NCBI RefSeq assembly: GCF_963921235.1
Contig: NC_086097.1
Coordinates: forward strand, 252,962,001-253,026,000
Direction of reading: 5' to 3'
DNA: 64,000 nt
Origin: Mobula hypostoma
Taxonomy: Eukaryota
The translations under genes and the position numbers were made by a program. Every line of letters starts with the position of its first letter. The stretch's first letter is position 1. Of this stretch, positions 47,110-61,259 are shown piece after piece. A model generated the notes under the pieces. The model worked only from the letters and a program-made list of their open reading frames with translations. It ran no database searches and was not told where the DNA came from.

Positions 47110-49001
47110 ATAAGACCATAAGAAAAAGGAGCAGAACTAGGCCATTTCATCATGGCTGATCCATCTCCCTCTCAACCACAATCTCCTGCCTTTTCCCTGT
47201 ACCCCTTCATAGAGTTATAGAGAAGTACAGCACAGAAACAGGCCCTTTGGCCCATCTAGTCTATTCTGATACCATTTAACCTGCCTACTCGCATCGACCT
47301 GCACCGGGACCATGGCCCTCCATTCCCCTCCCATCATGTACCTATCCAAACTTCTCTTAAATGTTGAGATCAAGCTCGCATGCACCACTTGTGCTGGCAG
47401 CTCATTCCACAATCTCACCACCCTGAGTGAAGAAAATTACCCTCATGTTCCCCTTAGACTTTTGACTTTTCACCTTTCACCCTCAACCCATGACCTCTGG
47501 TTGTAGTCATAACCAACCTGCTCGCATTTACCCTACCGATACCCCTCATAATTTTGTAAACCTCTGTCAAATCTCCTCTCAGACTTCTATGTTCTAAAGA
47601 ATACAGTCTGAACCTATTCAATCTTACGTTGTAACTCAGGTACTCCAGAACAGGCAACATCCTTGTAAATTTCCTCTCTAATCTTTCAAACGTTCAGAAG
47701 GTTGAAAGGTTCATTTTATTGTCAAAGTATGCATGTACAATACAACTCTGATTGCATGTACAATACAACTCTGATATTTGTCTTCCCCAGGTAGCCATGA
47801 AATACAGAAAGACCATAAACCAACTTCCCCCGCAAGAAAGATCCTCCAACCCCTCCCCAGCAGAAAAAAACAGCGAAAATACACCATAAGCCCATAAGAC
47901 ATAAGAGCAGAATTAGGCAATTTGGCTGTTCGAGTCTTCTCCGTTATTTCATCGTGGCTGATCCAATTTTCCTTTCAACCCCAATCTCCTACTTTCTCCC
48001 TGTATCACTTCGTGCCCTGACCAATCAGGAATCCATCAACCTGTGCCTTAAATGTACATACAGACTTGGCCTCTGTAGCTGCCTGTGGCAAAGAATTCCA
48101 CAGATTCACCACTCTCTGGCTAAAAAAAAACCCTGCACATCTCCATTCTAAAAGGACCCCCCTCTATCCTAAGACTGTGTCCTCTGGTCTTAGACTCTCA
48201 CACCACAGAAAATATCCTTTCTATATCCTCTCTATCAAGGCCTTTCACCATTCGATTGGTTTCAATGAAGTGACCCTTCATTCTTCCGAGTTCTAGTGAA
48301 TACAGGCCCAGAGCCATCAGTCACTCCTCGTATTTCAAGCCATTCAATCCCGTATCATTTTCATGAACCTCCTTTGAACCCTCTCCAGTGTCAGCACATC
48401 CTTTCTGAGATAAGGGGCCCAAATCCTTACTGGAAAAGGTTCAGAGGAGGTTCACAAGGAGGATTCCAGGAATGAAAAGGTTATCATATAAGACATAGGA
48501 GCAGAATTAGGCCATTCAGCCCATCAAACCTTCTCCTCCATTCCATCATGGCTGATCCCAGATCCCACTCAAGGCCATACACCTGATCTTTGATGCCCTG
48601 ACCAATCAGGAACTATCAACTTCTGCCTTAAATATACCCACGGACTTAGCCTCCACTGCAGTTTGTGATAGGGCATTCCACAGATTCACTGCTCTCTGGC
48701 TAAAGAAATTCCTCCTTGCCTCTGTTCTAAAGGGTCGCCTCTCAATTTTGAGGCTGAGCCCTCTAGTTCTGGACAGTCCCACTATAGGAAACATCCTCTC
48801 CACATCCACCTTGTCTAGTCCTTTCAACATTCGACAGGTTTCAATGAGATTCCCCCCAACATTCTTCTAAATTCCAGTGAGTACAGGCCCAAAGCTGCCA
48901 AATGTATTATATATGTTAACCCCTTTATTCCTGGAATCATCCTTGTAAGCCTCCTCTGGACTCAAACAATGACAACATATCCTTTCTGGGAAATGGGGCC
49001 C
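47110..49001 (-). mobile_element. Cluster of CR1 3' fragments
   Basis: Repeated GLDKVDVERMFP/RNFFSQRAVNLWN motifs and 3' UTR tails. Confidence 0.85.
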
Positions 49002-49138
49002 AAAAGCGTAGTTTGCGGGCTGCGGAGTGAGCCGGGAGCAGAGTGAAGGCTTAAGGACTTTGGCTAAACGGGCGGAAACGGGCGAGGTGAAGAGGGTTTG
49101 ATATTCATTTTTTGTTGTTATTTGCGGAGAGGGACAGT

Positions 49139-50200
49139 ATGAGTGTGAGGGCAGCTTGTTGTTCTCGGTGCCAGATGTGGGAGGCCCTGGAGTTTCCAAG
49201 CCTCCCAGACGTCCATATCTGCACCAGGTGTGCCAAGATGCAGCTCCTAAGGGACCGCGTTAGGGAACTGGAGCTGCAGCTCAATGACCTTCGTCTGGTC
49301 AGGGAGAGTGAGGAGTTGATAGAGAGGAGTTACAGGCAGGTGGTCACACCGGGGCCACGGGAGGCAGACAAGTGGGTCACGGCTAGGAGGGGGAAGAGGC
49401 AAAGTCAGGTAATAGAGAGTACCCCAGTGGCTGTGCCCCTTGACAATAGGTACTCCTGTTTGAGTACTGTTGGGGGGGGACAGCTTACCTGGGGGAAGCG
49501 ACAGTGGCCGTGCCTCCGGCACAGAGTCCGGCCCTGTAGCTCAGAAGGGTAGGGCAAGGAAGAGGAGGGCAGTTGTGATAGGGGACTCGATAGTAAGGGG
49601 GTCAGATAGGAGATTCTGTGGACGAGGTCAGGAGACCCGGATGGTAGTTTGCCTCCCTGGTGCCAGTGTCCGGGATATTTCTGATCGTGTCCAAGATATC
49701 CTGAAGTGGGAGGGAGAGGAGCCAGAGGTCGTGGTACATATAGGTACCAATGACATAGGTAGGAAAAGGGAAGAGGTCCTGAAAGGAGAATATAGGGAAT
49801 TAGGAAGGGAGTTGAGAAAAAAGACGACAAAGTTAGTAATCTTGGGATTACTGCCTGTGCCACGCGACAGTGAGAGTAGGAATGCAATGAGGTGGAGGAT
49901 AAATGTGTGGCTGAGAGATTGGAGCAATGGGGCAGGGATTCGGGTTTTTGGATCATTGGGACCACTATTGGCGCAGGCGTGACCTGTACAAAGAGGATGG
50001 GTTGCACTTGAATCCTAGGGGGACCAATGTCCTGGTGGGGAGATTTGCGAGGGCTACTGGGGTGACTTTAAACTAGAACGGTTGGGGGGAGGGAATCAAA
50101 TCAAGGAGACTAGGAGTTGGGAGGTTGATGTAGGGGAAAAGGAAGAAAATGATAACAAAGTTGTTTGCTCAATTCAGGATAAACAGAGAGTGGGAGGTAG
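49139..50200 (+). pseudogene. CR1 ORF1: Cys zinc finger/coiled coil + SGNH esterase domain
   Basis: CSRCQMW...HICTRC, then GDSIVRG, HIGTNDIG and DGLHL. Frameshifts at the poly-G ~49475 and at ~49925. Confidence 0.85.
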
Positions 50201-52992
50201 AGAGTTTCTTAAATGCATCTATTTTAATGCTAGGAGCATTGTAAGAAAGGTGGATGAGCTTAGAGCATGGATTGATACCTGAATATATGATGTTGTAGCT
50301 GTTAGTGAAACGTGGTTGCAGGACGGGTGAGATTGGCAACTAAATATTCCAGGATTTTGTTGCTTCAGGTGTGATAGAATAGGAGGGGCAAGAGGGGGAG
50401 GTGTTGCATTGCTTGTCAGAGAAAATATAACAGCAGTCCTCTGGCAGGATAGATTAGTGGACTTGTCCAGGGAGGCTATTTGGGTGGAATTGAGGAATAG
50501 GAAAGGTGTAGTGATGCTTATAGGGGTGTATTATAGACCACCTAATGGGGACCGAGAACTGGAGGAGCAAATTTGTAAGGAGATAGCAGATATTTGTAGC
50601 AAGCACAAGGCTGCGATTGTGGGAGATTTTAATTTTCCACACATAGGCTTGGAAGCCCATTCTGTAAAAGGGCTGGGTGGTTTGGAGTTTGTGAAATGTG
50701 TGCAAGATAGTTTTTTGCAGCAATACATGGAGGTACCAACTAGAGAAGGGGCAGTGTTGGATCTTCTGTTAGGGAATGAGATAGGTCAGGTGACAGAGGT
50801 ATGTGTTGGGGAGCATTTCGGGTCCAGTGATCACAATACAATTAGTTTCAGTGTAATTATGGAGAAGGATAGGACTGGATTTAGGATTGAGATTTTTGAT
50901 TGGAGAGAGGCTAATTTTGAGGAGATGCGAAAGGATTTAGAAGGAGTGGATTGGGAAAATTTGTTTTATGGGAAAGATGTAACAGAGAAATGAAGGTCAT
51001 TTAAAGGTGAAATTTTGAGGGTTCAGAAACTTTATGTTCCTGTTAGGTTGAAAGGAAAGGTACAAAGTGTGAGAGAGTCATGGTTTTCAAGATATATTAG
51101 AAACTTGGTTCAGAAAAAGAGCGGGATCTTCAATAAATATAGGCAGCTTGGAGTTAATGAGGTACTTGAGGAATGTAAAGAATGTAAAAAGAATCTTAAG
51201 AAAGAAATTAGAAAAGCTAAAAGAAGATACAAGGTTGCTTTGGCGAGTAGGGTGAAAATAAATCCAAAGGGTTTCTACAGTTATGCTAGTGGCAAAAGGA
51301 TAGTGAGGGATAAAATTGGTCCCGCAGAGAATCAGAATGGACGGCTATGTGCGGACCCAAAAGAGATGGGGGAGATTTTGAACAATTTCATTTCTTCGGT
51401 ATTCACTAAGGAGAAGGATATTGAATCGTGTAAGGTAAAGGAAACAAGAAGGGTAGTTATGGAAACTATGATGATTATAGAAGAGGAAGTACTGGCGCTT
51501 TTAAGGAAAATAAAACTGGATAAGTCTCCGGGTCCGGACAAGATATTCCCTAGGACCTTGAGGGAAGTTAGTGTGGAAATAGCAGGGGCTCTGACAGAAA
51601 TATTTCAGATGTCATTAGAAACGGGGATAGTGCCAGACGATTGGTGTATTGCTCATGTAGTTCCATTGTTTAAAAAGGGTTCTAAGAGTAAACCTAGCAA
51701 TTATCGGCCTGTCAGTGGTGGATAACTTGATGGAATATATTCTTAGAGATGGTATGTATAATTTTCTGGATAGACAGGGTCTGATTAGGAACAGTCAACA
51801 TGGATTTGTGCGTGGAAAGTCATGTTTGACAAGTCTTATTGAATTTTTTGATGAGGTTACTAAGAAAGTTGACGAGGGTAAAACGGTGGATGTTGACTAT
51901 AAGGCCTTTGACAAGGTTCCACACGGAAGGTTAGTTAGGAAGGTTCAATCGTTAGGCATTAATATGGAAGTAGTAAAATGGATTCAGCAGTGGCTGGGTG
52001 GGAGATGCCAGAGAGTAGTGGTGGATAACTGTGTGTCAGATTGGAGGATGGTGTGTAGCGGTGTGCCTCAGGGATCTGTACTGGGTCCAATGTTGTTTGT
52101 AATATATATTAATGATCTGGATGATGGGGTGGTAAATTGGATTAGTAAGTATGCAGATGATACTAAGATAGGTGGAGTTGTGGATGATGAGGTAGATTTT
52201 CAAAACTTGCAGAGAGATTTAGGCCAGTTAGAAGAGTGGGCTGAAAGATGGCAGATGGAGTTTAATGCTGATAAATGTGAGGTGCTACATTTTGGTAGGA
52301 CTAATCAAAATAGGACATACATGGTAAATGGTAGGGCATTGAAGAATGCAGTAGAAGAGAGGGATCTAGGAATAATGGTGCATAGTTCCCTGAAGGTGGA
52401 ATCTCATGTGGATAGGGTGGTGAAGAAAGCTTTTGGTATGCTGGCCTTTATTAATCAGAGCATTGAGTATAGAAGTTGGGATGCGATGTTGAATTTGTAT
52501 AAGGCATTAGTAAGGTCAAATCTGGAATATTGTGTACAGTTCTGGTCACCGAATTATAGGAAAGATGTCAATAAAATTGAGAGAGTACAGAGGTGGTTTA
52601 CTAAAATGTTGCCTGGGTTTCATCTCCTAAGTTACAGAGAAAGGTTAAACAAGTTGGGTCCTTATTCTTTGGAGTGTAGAAGGTTGAGGGGGGACTTGAT
52701 AGAGGTATTTAAAATCATGAGGGGGATTGATAGAGTTGACGTGGATAGGCTTTTTCCATTGAGAGTGGGGGAGATTCAAACAAGAGGACATGAGTTGAGA
52801 GTTAAAGGGCAAAAGTTTAGGGGTAACATGAGGGGGAACTTCTTTACTCAGAGAGTGGTAGCTGTGTGGATCGAGCTTCCAGCAGAAGTGGTTGAGGCAG
52901 GTTCGTTGTTGTCATTTAAAGTTAAATTGGATAGATATATGGACAGGAAAGGAATGGAGGGTTATGGGCTGAGTGCAGGTCGGTGGGAATAG
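50200..52992 (+). pseudogene. CR1 ORF2: APE endonuclease + reverse transcriptase
   Basis: [39 protein letters not shown] and KYADD. Stops at ~50280, ~50991 and a frameshift at ~51715. Confidence 0.95.
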
Positions 52993-53129
52993 GATAGGGT
53001 AAGAGTTCGGCATGGACTAGAAGGGCCGAGATGGCCTGTTTCCGTGCAGTAATTGTTGTATGGTTATATATGGTTAAAACTTTTGACAATACTCTAAGTG
53101 GAGCCTGACTATCAAGTCAATATCTTATA

Positions 53130-53385
53130 GGGATCCATTAGTCTCGTGAGACCATGGATTTGCGCCTTGGAAGGTTTCCAGGGCGCAGGCCTGGGCAAGG
53201 CTGTATGGAAGACCAGCAGTTGCCCCTGCTGCAAGTCTCCCCTCTCCATGCCACCGATGTTGTCCAAGGGAAGGGCAGCTTGGCACCAGTGTCGTCACAG
53301 AGCAATGTGTGGTTAAGTGCCTTGCTCAAGGACACAACACACTGCCTCAGCCAAGGCTCAAACTAGCGACCTTCAGATCACTGCA
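53130..53385 (-). mobile_element. tRNA-derived SINE with CCTTG-GCAAG central domain and RTE-like tail
   Basis: Head homologous to 61870-61980; 3' part homologous to 15300-15440. Confidence 0.6.
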
Positions 53386-56300
53386 TGAAGACTCCCAATT
53401 CCCTTGCACCTCTGATGTTTGAACCTTCTCCCCATTTAGATAATAGTCCGCCCTACTGTTCCTTTTACCAGAATGCATTATCATACATTTTTCAACACTG
53501 TATTCCATCTGCCACTTTTTTTGCCCATTCTTCCAATTTGTCTAAGTCCTGCTGCAATCGCATTGCTTCCTCAGCAGTACCTACCCCTCCACCTATCTTT
53601 GTATCATCCGCAAACTTTGCCACAAAGCCATCAATTCCACCATCTAAACTATTGACAAACAACGTGACAAGTAGCGGTCCCAATTCTGACCCCTGAGGAA
53701 CACCACTGGATACTGGCAGCCAACCAGAAAAGGCCCCTTTTATTCCTAATAACTGCCTCCTGCCTGTCAGTTGTTCCTCTATACATGCCAGTATCTTTCC
53801 TTTAACACCATTGGATTTAATCTTGTTAAGCAACCTCATGTGTGGCACCTTACCAAAGGCCTTCAGAAAATCCATGTAAATGACATCCACCGCCTCTCCG
53901 TTGTCCACCCTGCTTGTTACTTCCTCAAAGAACAGACTTGTCAGGCAAGATTTCCTTTTACAGAAACTATACTGACTTTGACTTATCATTAGTCTCCAAG
54001 TACCTGGAAACGTCGTCCTTAATAATCATGAGCAATGCATCTATTATCCCTTCAGCAACCTCTCTCAGGTATCTGGAATATAATCCGTCTGGTCCAGGTG
54101 TCTTTTCCAACTTAAGACCCTTCAGTTTGTCTACCACTCTTTCCTTTGCTATAGCAATGGCTCTCACTCCTGCTCCCTGACACTCACAGACTTCTGGCCA
54201 CTGTTAGAGTCTTCCACAGTGAAGACTGATGCAAAGTACCCATTAAGTTCATCTGTTATCTCTTTGTACCCGTTAATATCTCACCAGCATCATTTTACAG
54301 TGGTTCAATATCAACTGTCACTCCCTTTTTACTCTTTATCTCACTGAAAAAAACTTTTAGTATCCTGCTTTATGTTATTGGCTAGTTTGCCCTCATATTT
54401 CATCTTTTCCCTTCTTATAGCTTTTTAGTTGCCTTTTGTTGGATTTTAAAAGCTTTCCAATCATCCAACTTCCCAGTCACTTTTGCTACCTTATATGCCC
54501 TTTCCCTGACTTTTATGCAGTTCTTAACTTCCCTTGTTAGCCATGGTTGCCTACCCCTGCCATTTGAGAATTTCTTCCTCTGTGGGACATGTCTATCTTG
54601 TGCCTTGTGAACTATTCCCAGAAACTTCAGCCATCTCTGCTCTGCTGTCATCCCTGCCAGTATCCTCCTCCAATCCACCTGAGCAAGCTCCTTTCTCATG
54701 CCTCTGTAATTCCCTTTATTCCATGTGATACTGATATTTGTGAGTTATGCTTCTCCCTCTCAAATTGCAGTATGAATTCAATAATTTGATGATCATGGTC
54801 TCCGAAGGATTCCTTTACATTAAGCTCCCTAATAAGATCTGAGTTATTACACACACCCAGTCTATGATAGCCTTTCCCTGAGTAGGCTCAAGCACAAGCT
54901 AATCTAAAAAGCCATCTCACAGGCATTCAGCAAACTCCCTCTCTTGCGATTTCTCTTATGGTCTTCAGCTGCCTCTTTCAGAACTCTGGGATGTATTCCA
55001 TCTGGCCCAGGTGACTTCAGACCTTCAGACCTTCAGACCTTTCAATTTCCCAAGAACCTTCTGTCTAGTTCTGGTAACTTCACACACTTCATGACCCCCG
55101 ACACCCAGAGCTTCCATTGTGACGACTGATGCAAAATACTTATTCAGTTCATCACTCATTACTACCTCTCCAGCATCATTTTCCAGCGGTCCTATATCCA
55201 CTCTCTATTCCCTTTTACACTTTATGCACCTGAAGAAACCTTTGGTATCCTCTTTAATATTACTGGCTAGCTTACTTTAGTATTCTATCTTTACCTCCTT
55301 GATAAATTTTTTAGTTGCCTCCTGCTGGATTTTAAAAGATTCCCCATCCTCTAACTTCCCACTAATTTTTGCTCTATTATATGCCCTCTCTTTGGCTTTT
55401 ATGTTGGCTTTGACTTCTCTTGTTAGCCAAGGCTGTTTCACCTTCCTTTAGAATACATAGTCCTCTTTGGGATGTATACATCCTGTACCTTCCGAATTGC
55501 TTCCAGAAATTCCAGCCATTCCTGCTCTGCCATCATCCCTGCCAGTGTTCTTTTCCAATCAATTCTGGACAACTCCTCTCCCTTTACTCCACTGTAATAC
55601 TAATACATCTGACCTTAGCTTCTCCTTCTCAAATTATTCAATCATATTATGATTACTTGCCCATCAGGGTTTTTTTACCCTAAGCTCTATAATCAATTCT
55701 GGTTCATTGCACAACAGCCAGTCCAGAATAGCTGATCCTCCAGTAGGCTCACCCACGAGCTGCTCTAAAAAGTCATCTTGTCGGCACTCTAAAAACTCCC
55801 CCTCCTGGAATCCAACACCAACCTGATTTTCTCAACCTACCTACATATTGAAATAATAATCATCATCATCATCATCATAATTTATTGATCCCGAGTAGGA
55901 AATTATTTCATTAGAGCAGCCACATTTAAAAACACACTTAGTAGTGTTCAGACTGAACTAATAAAAAATAACATACAAAATAATAATATACATGAAAATA
56001 ATTTACCAATGTGCAAGACTGTGAAATACTGGGCAATAATCATGCACAAAGTAATAGAGACTATTGTACTAGGATGTGTGTTCTCCTGTCATATGGAGAT
56101 AAAATTCCCCATGACTATTGTAACATTGCCCTTTTGCATGCATTTTCTCTTCCATTTGTAGGCCACATCCTTACTACTGTACTCTAATACAACTCCCATC
56201 AAGTTCCTTAGCTCTATTCACAATGATTCCAACCCTATGTCACTTCTTTCTAATGATTTGGTTTCATTTTTATCCACAATGCAACACTGTCCTCTCTGCT

Positions 56301-57820
56301 CTCTGGCCTGTTCTTTCAATATAATCTGTATCCTTGGACATTAAGTTGTAATCTTTCAGTCATGATTCCCTGATGGCTACAACATCACAATCTGCAAATC
56401 TGTAACTGTGCTGTAAGTTCATCTAACTTTTTCCGTATACTGTGTGCATTCAGATAGAACACCTTCAGTCCTGTATTCACCCTTTTTGATTTTGTCACAC
56501 CATGATCAACCTTTTGATTCCTAACTTTGTCTGAGGTCTTACCAACATCTGTCTTTACAATCTCTCCACTAACTGTTCTGCCACTCTGGTTCCCACCCCA
56601 CTGCGGCTCTAGTTTAAACCCCACCATGTAGCATTAACAAGCCTTTCCCCTAGGATGTAAGTCCCACTCCAGTTCAGGTGCAAACCATGCCTGAGAACCC
56701 AATATTCCAAAAATCTTCTGCCCTCCCTCTTACACCAACTCCTTAGTCATGTGTTAATCTGTATAATCTTCCTAGTTCTGGCCTCACTAGCACGTGGCAT
56801 GGGTAGCAATCCTGAGATCACAACCCTGGAAGTCCTGTCATTTAACTTAGCACCGAACTCCCAGAACTCCCTCTGCAGAATCTCATTACTCAACCTACCG
56901 ATGGTACCAACATGGACCACGACTTCTGGCTGTTCACCCTCACACTTAAGAACACTGAAGACTTCATCTGAGATATCCCAGACCCTTGCACCCGGGAATC
57001 TCGTTCTTGCCTACAGAACCTTCTGTCCATTCCCCTAACTAAAGAGTCCCCTATCACCACAGCAAGTCTCTTCTTCCCGCTTCCCTTCTGAGTCACAGAG
57101 CTAGGCTCAATGCCAGAGGCTCGCCCACTGTGACTTTCCTCTGTTAGGTCAACCACCCTAACAGCATCCAAAGTGATTTCCCTGCTGTTGAGGAGGATGG
57201 CAACGGGGGTACTCTCTACTGGCTCCTTAACCCCTTTCCCCTTCCTGACTGTCACCCAGTTTCCAGTGTCCTGCACCTTGGGTGTTACTACCTCTCTATA
57301 TATCCTGTATATCACCCCGTCAGCCTCCCGAGTGATCGGGAGTTCATCCGGTTCTGGTTCCAGTTCCAGCTCCTTAACACGATTTGTTAGAAGCTGCAGT
57401 TGGATGCACAGTTGTAGTCATCCCTACCTTCTCACATCCTGCAAGAGGAGCATTTCATTATCCTGCCTGGCATTGCTACTGTCCTAGCTGAGCAAATGTT
57501 AAGAAGAGAAGGAAAACACTTGAGATTTTCTTTCCTTTGCTTTCTCTGACTGAAGCCTTTCTTCACTGAAACCTCAAAAAGTCTTAAATCACCACTCTGA
57601 CTCTGTCCACCCAGATGACTGCCACTGCACTTGCTCCTGCCTTCCTTTAATTTGCTCTTACTAATCAATCCCAAACACGGATTGGTCGCTGGTCAAAGCT
57701 CTATTACACTGCCACCACCTCTTCTTGCCTTTTATCCTCATGCAGAGGACCTGATTGAGGTCCTCTCCCCTCCAAACTTCTGATGTCCAGATTGGCCACT
57801 GGTCAAAGCTCAACAAATCT
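53386..57820 (-). mobile_element. Composite decayed CR1s, including one with 5' UTR and ORF1 (54960-57820)
   Basis: KFADDTK, PWLTREVK, FYLNAHSIR and ORF1 VVIGDSLVRG / CSSCRM motifs. Confidence 0.85.
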
Positions 57821-57844
57821 CCACCCCTGCCTCCTCCCAGAAAC

Positions 57845-60030
57845 AAACAGCAACAGTAACAATCCTGACCCCCTCACTCACAGAGAAAAAACAGCATCAA
57901 TAACAAACCCAACCCCCTCAATCACAGAGAATATAAACATCGACAATAACAATCCTTGACCCCCTCACTCACAGAAAATATAAACAACAACAGTAACAAT
58001 CCTGACCCCCTCAATCACAGAGAGTATAAACATTGACAATAACAATCCCCGACCCCTCAATCACAGAGAATATAAACATCATAGAACATAGAATAGTACA
58101 GCACAGTACAGGCCCTTCGGCCCACATTGTTGTGCCGACCCTCAGACCCTGCCTCCCATATAATCCCCAACCTTAAATTCCTCCATATACCTGTCTAGTA
58201 GTCTCTTAAACTTCACTAGTGTATCTGCCTCCACCACTGACTCAGGCAGTGCATTCCACGCACCAACCACTCTCTGAGTAAAAAACCTTCCTCTAATATT
58301 CCCCTTGAACTTCCCACCCCTTACCTTAAAGCCATGTCCTCTTGTATTGAGCAGTGGTGCCCTGGGGAAGAGGTGCTGGCTGTCCACTCTATCTATTCCT
58401 CTTAATATCTTGTATACCTCTATCATGTCTCCTCTCATCCTCCTTCTCTCCAAAGAGTAAAGCCCTAGCTCCCTTAATCTCTGATCATAATGCATACTTT
58501 CTAAACAAGGTAGCATCCTGGTAAATCTCCTCTGTACCCTTTCCAATGCATCCACATCCTTCCTATAGTGAGGTGACCAGAACTGGACACAGTACTCCAA
58601 GTGTGGCCTAACCGGAGTTTTATAGAACTGCATCATTACATCGCGACTCTTAAACTCTATCCCTCGACTTATGAAAGCTAACACCCCATAAGCTTTCTTA
58701 ACTACCCTATCTACCTATCAGGCAACTTTCAGGGATCTGTGGACATGTACCCCCAGATCCCTCTGCTCCTCCACACTACCAAATATCCTGCCATTTACTT
58801 CGTACTCTGCCTTGGAGTTTGTCCTTCCAAAGTGTACCACCTCACACTTCTCCGGGTTGAACTCCATCTGCCACTTCTCAGCCCACTTCTGCATTCTATC
58901 AATGTCTCTCTGAAATCTTTGACAATCCTCTACACTATCTACAACACCACTAACCTTTGTGTCATCTGCAAACTTGCCAACTCACCCTTTTACCCCCACA
59001 TCCAGGTCGTTAATAAAAATCACGAAAAGTAGATGTCCCAGAACAGATCCTTGTGGGACACCACTAGTCACAAACCTCCAATCTGAATGTACTCCCTCCA
59101 CCACCACCCTCTGCCTTCTGCAGGCAAGCCAATTCTGAATCTACCTGGCCAAACTTCCCTGGATCCCATGCCTTCTGACTTTCTGAATAAGCCTACCATG
59201 TGGAACCTTGTCAAGTGCCTTACTAAAATCCATATAGATCACATCCACTGCACTACCCTCATCTATATACCTGGTCACCTCCTCAAAGAACTCTATCAGG
59301 CTTGTTAGACACGATCTGCCCTTCACAAAGCCATGCTGACTGTCCCTGATCAGACCATGATTCTCTAAATGCCCAGAGATCCTATCTCTAAGAATCTTTT
59401 CCAACAGCTTTCCCACCACAGATGTAAGGCTCACTGGTCTATAATTACCTGGACTATCCCTACTACCTTTTTTGAACAAGGGGACAACATTCGCCTCCCT
59501 CCAATCCTCCGGTACCATTCCCGTGGACAACGAGGACATAAAGATCCTAGCCAGAGGCTCAGCAATCTCTTCCCTCGCCTCGTGGAGCAGCCTGGGGAAT
59601 ATTCCATCAGGCCCCAGGGACTTATCCGTCCTAATGTATTTTAATAACTCCAACACCTCCTCTGCCTTAATATCAACATGCTCCAGAACATCAACCTCAC
59701 TCATATTGTCCTCACTGTCAAGAACAATCCCTGACCCCCCCTCAATCACAGAGAATATACATAGCGATAATAACAATCCCCGATCCCCTCAATCACAGAG
59801 AAAAACAGAGTGACAATAGCAACACGTCCTCAATCCCTCCCTTACATGAAAAAACATCGACAATAGCAATCCCTAACCCCCTCACTCACAGAGAATATAA
59901 ACAGTGACAGTAACAATCCACGATCCCCACTCGCAGAGAATATAAATAGCGACAATAGCAATCCCCGAACCTCTCAATCACAGAAAAGAACAGCAACAGT
60001 AGCATTAAAAACCTTCAGCTCCCCCCTGAC
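57845..60030 (+). repeat. ~46-bp minisatellite (57845-58080 and 59720-60030) split by a CR1 insertion
   Basis: Units like AACAATCC-GACCCCCTCA(A/C)TCACAGAGAATATAAACATCGACAAT occur on both sides. Confidence 0.85.
58080..59720 (-). pseudogene. Young 5'-truncated CR1 LINE RT
   Basis: ORFs 59141-59776 and 58142-58684 are in the same frame, separated only by point stops. NYRPVSLTS, MDFSKALDKVPH and RPHLEYC motifs, with a TTCTATG tail. Confidence 0.95.
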
Positions 60031-60169
60031 ACACAAGGAACAGATCACCCACCCACCAATTAGCCACGAGGAAGAAAACACTGAAAACCTGAAGGAGACT
60101 AATGTACATCCAGTCACATAAATCTCCGAACATTCAACTTTCAACCTTGTTTACATCTTCCCGTAAGTA

Positions 60170-60970
60170 GGTGATCAAAATGTCCTGACTAATCAAAAAT
60201 CCACTAACTTCTGCCTTAAATATACCCAATGACTTGGCCTCCATGGCCACCTGTGCAATGAATTCCACAGATTCACTGCTCTCTGGCTAAAGAAATTCCT
60301 CCTCATCTCCATTCTAAATGGACGTCCCTCTAGTGTGAGGCTGTATCCTTTGATCCTGGACTCCCCACTATAGGAAACATCCTCTTTAGATCAACTCTAT
60401 CAAGCTTTTCAACATTGGTTTCAATGAGGCCCACCCCCATTTGAATTCCAGTATGTACAGGCCCAGAGCCACCAAACATTCCTTATACAATCAACCTTTC
60501 AATCCCAGAATCATAAGACCATAAGATATAAGATATAAGATACAAGAACAGAATTAGACCATTTAGTCCATTGAAACCGCTCCACCATTTCATCATGGCT
60601 GATCAATTTTCCCTCTCAGCCCCAATCTCCTGCTTTCTCCCTGTATCACTTCATGCCCAGACTAATCAAAAATCTATCTACTTCTGCCTTAAAGATATCC
60701 AATGACTTGACCTCCACAGCTGCCTGTATCAAAGAATTCCACAGATTCACCACTCTCTGGCAAAAGAAATTCTTCCTCATCATTTTCGTGAATGTCCTTT
60801 GAACCCTCTTCAATGTCAGCACATCCTTTCTTAGGTAAGGGGCCAAATCAGCTCACAATTCTCCAAGTGAGGCCTTATCGTTACAGAAGATCTTACTATT
60901 CTAGACCTCTTGAAATCCAGCATTGTACTTTCCTTCCTCATCACAGACTCATCCTGCAAGTTAGCCTTTA
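60170..60970 (-). mobile_element. CR1 3' fragments
   Basis: PYLRKDVLTLKRVQR...RKNFFCQRVVNLWN. Confidence 0.8.
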
Positions 60971-61259
60971 ACCTTTTCAGGATGAATAAAGGTTTGGCAT
61001 TCTTGAACTAAACTATTTTATAAGTAAAGGATAAGTAATTATGATCAAGTAAGTTTGTTATCAAAGTACATATATTTTACCGTACACTACCTTCAGATGC
61101 ATTTTCTTGCAGGTGTTGTCATGAAGATAAAGAAATATACTTGAATTTATGAAACCCTGTACATAAAGAAAGACTAACAAACAACCAAGGTGCAAAGATT
61201 TGTATAAATTATATATAATACACATCTATATATAAATGATATATAACACACATACTCAT

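Larger units (their letters stand above)
49006..53075 (+). mobile_element. Full-length CR1 LINE (inactivated)
   Basis: 5' UTR, ORF1, ORF2, 3' UTR and (TATATGGT)n tail. Inserted into an antisense CR1 at ggggccc-AAAA, with AAAA duplicated (49002-49005 / 53076-53079). Confidence 0.95.

Noticed and set aside
57845..60030. CRISPR-like array
   Set aside because: Degenerate tandem units with no unique spacers, no cas genes and a eukaryotic context.
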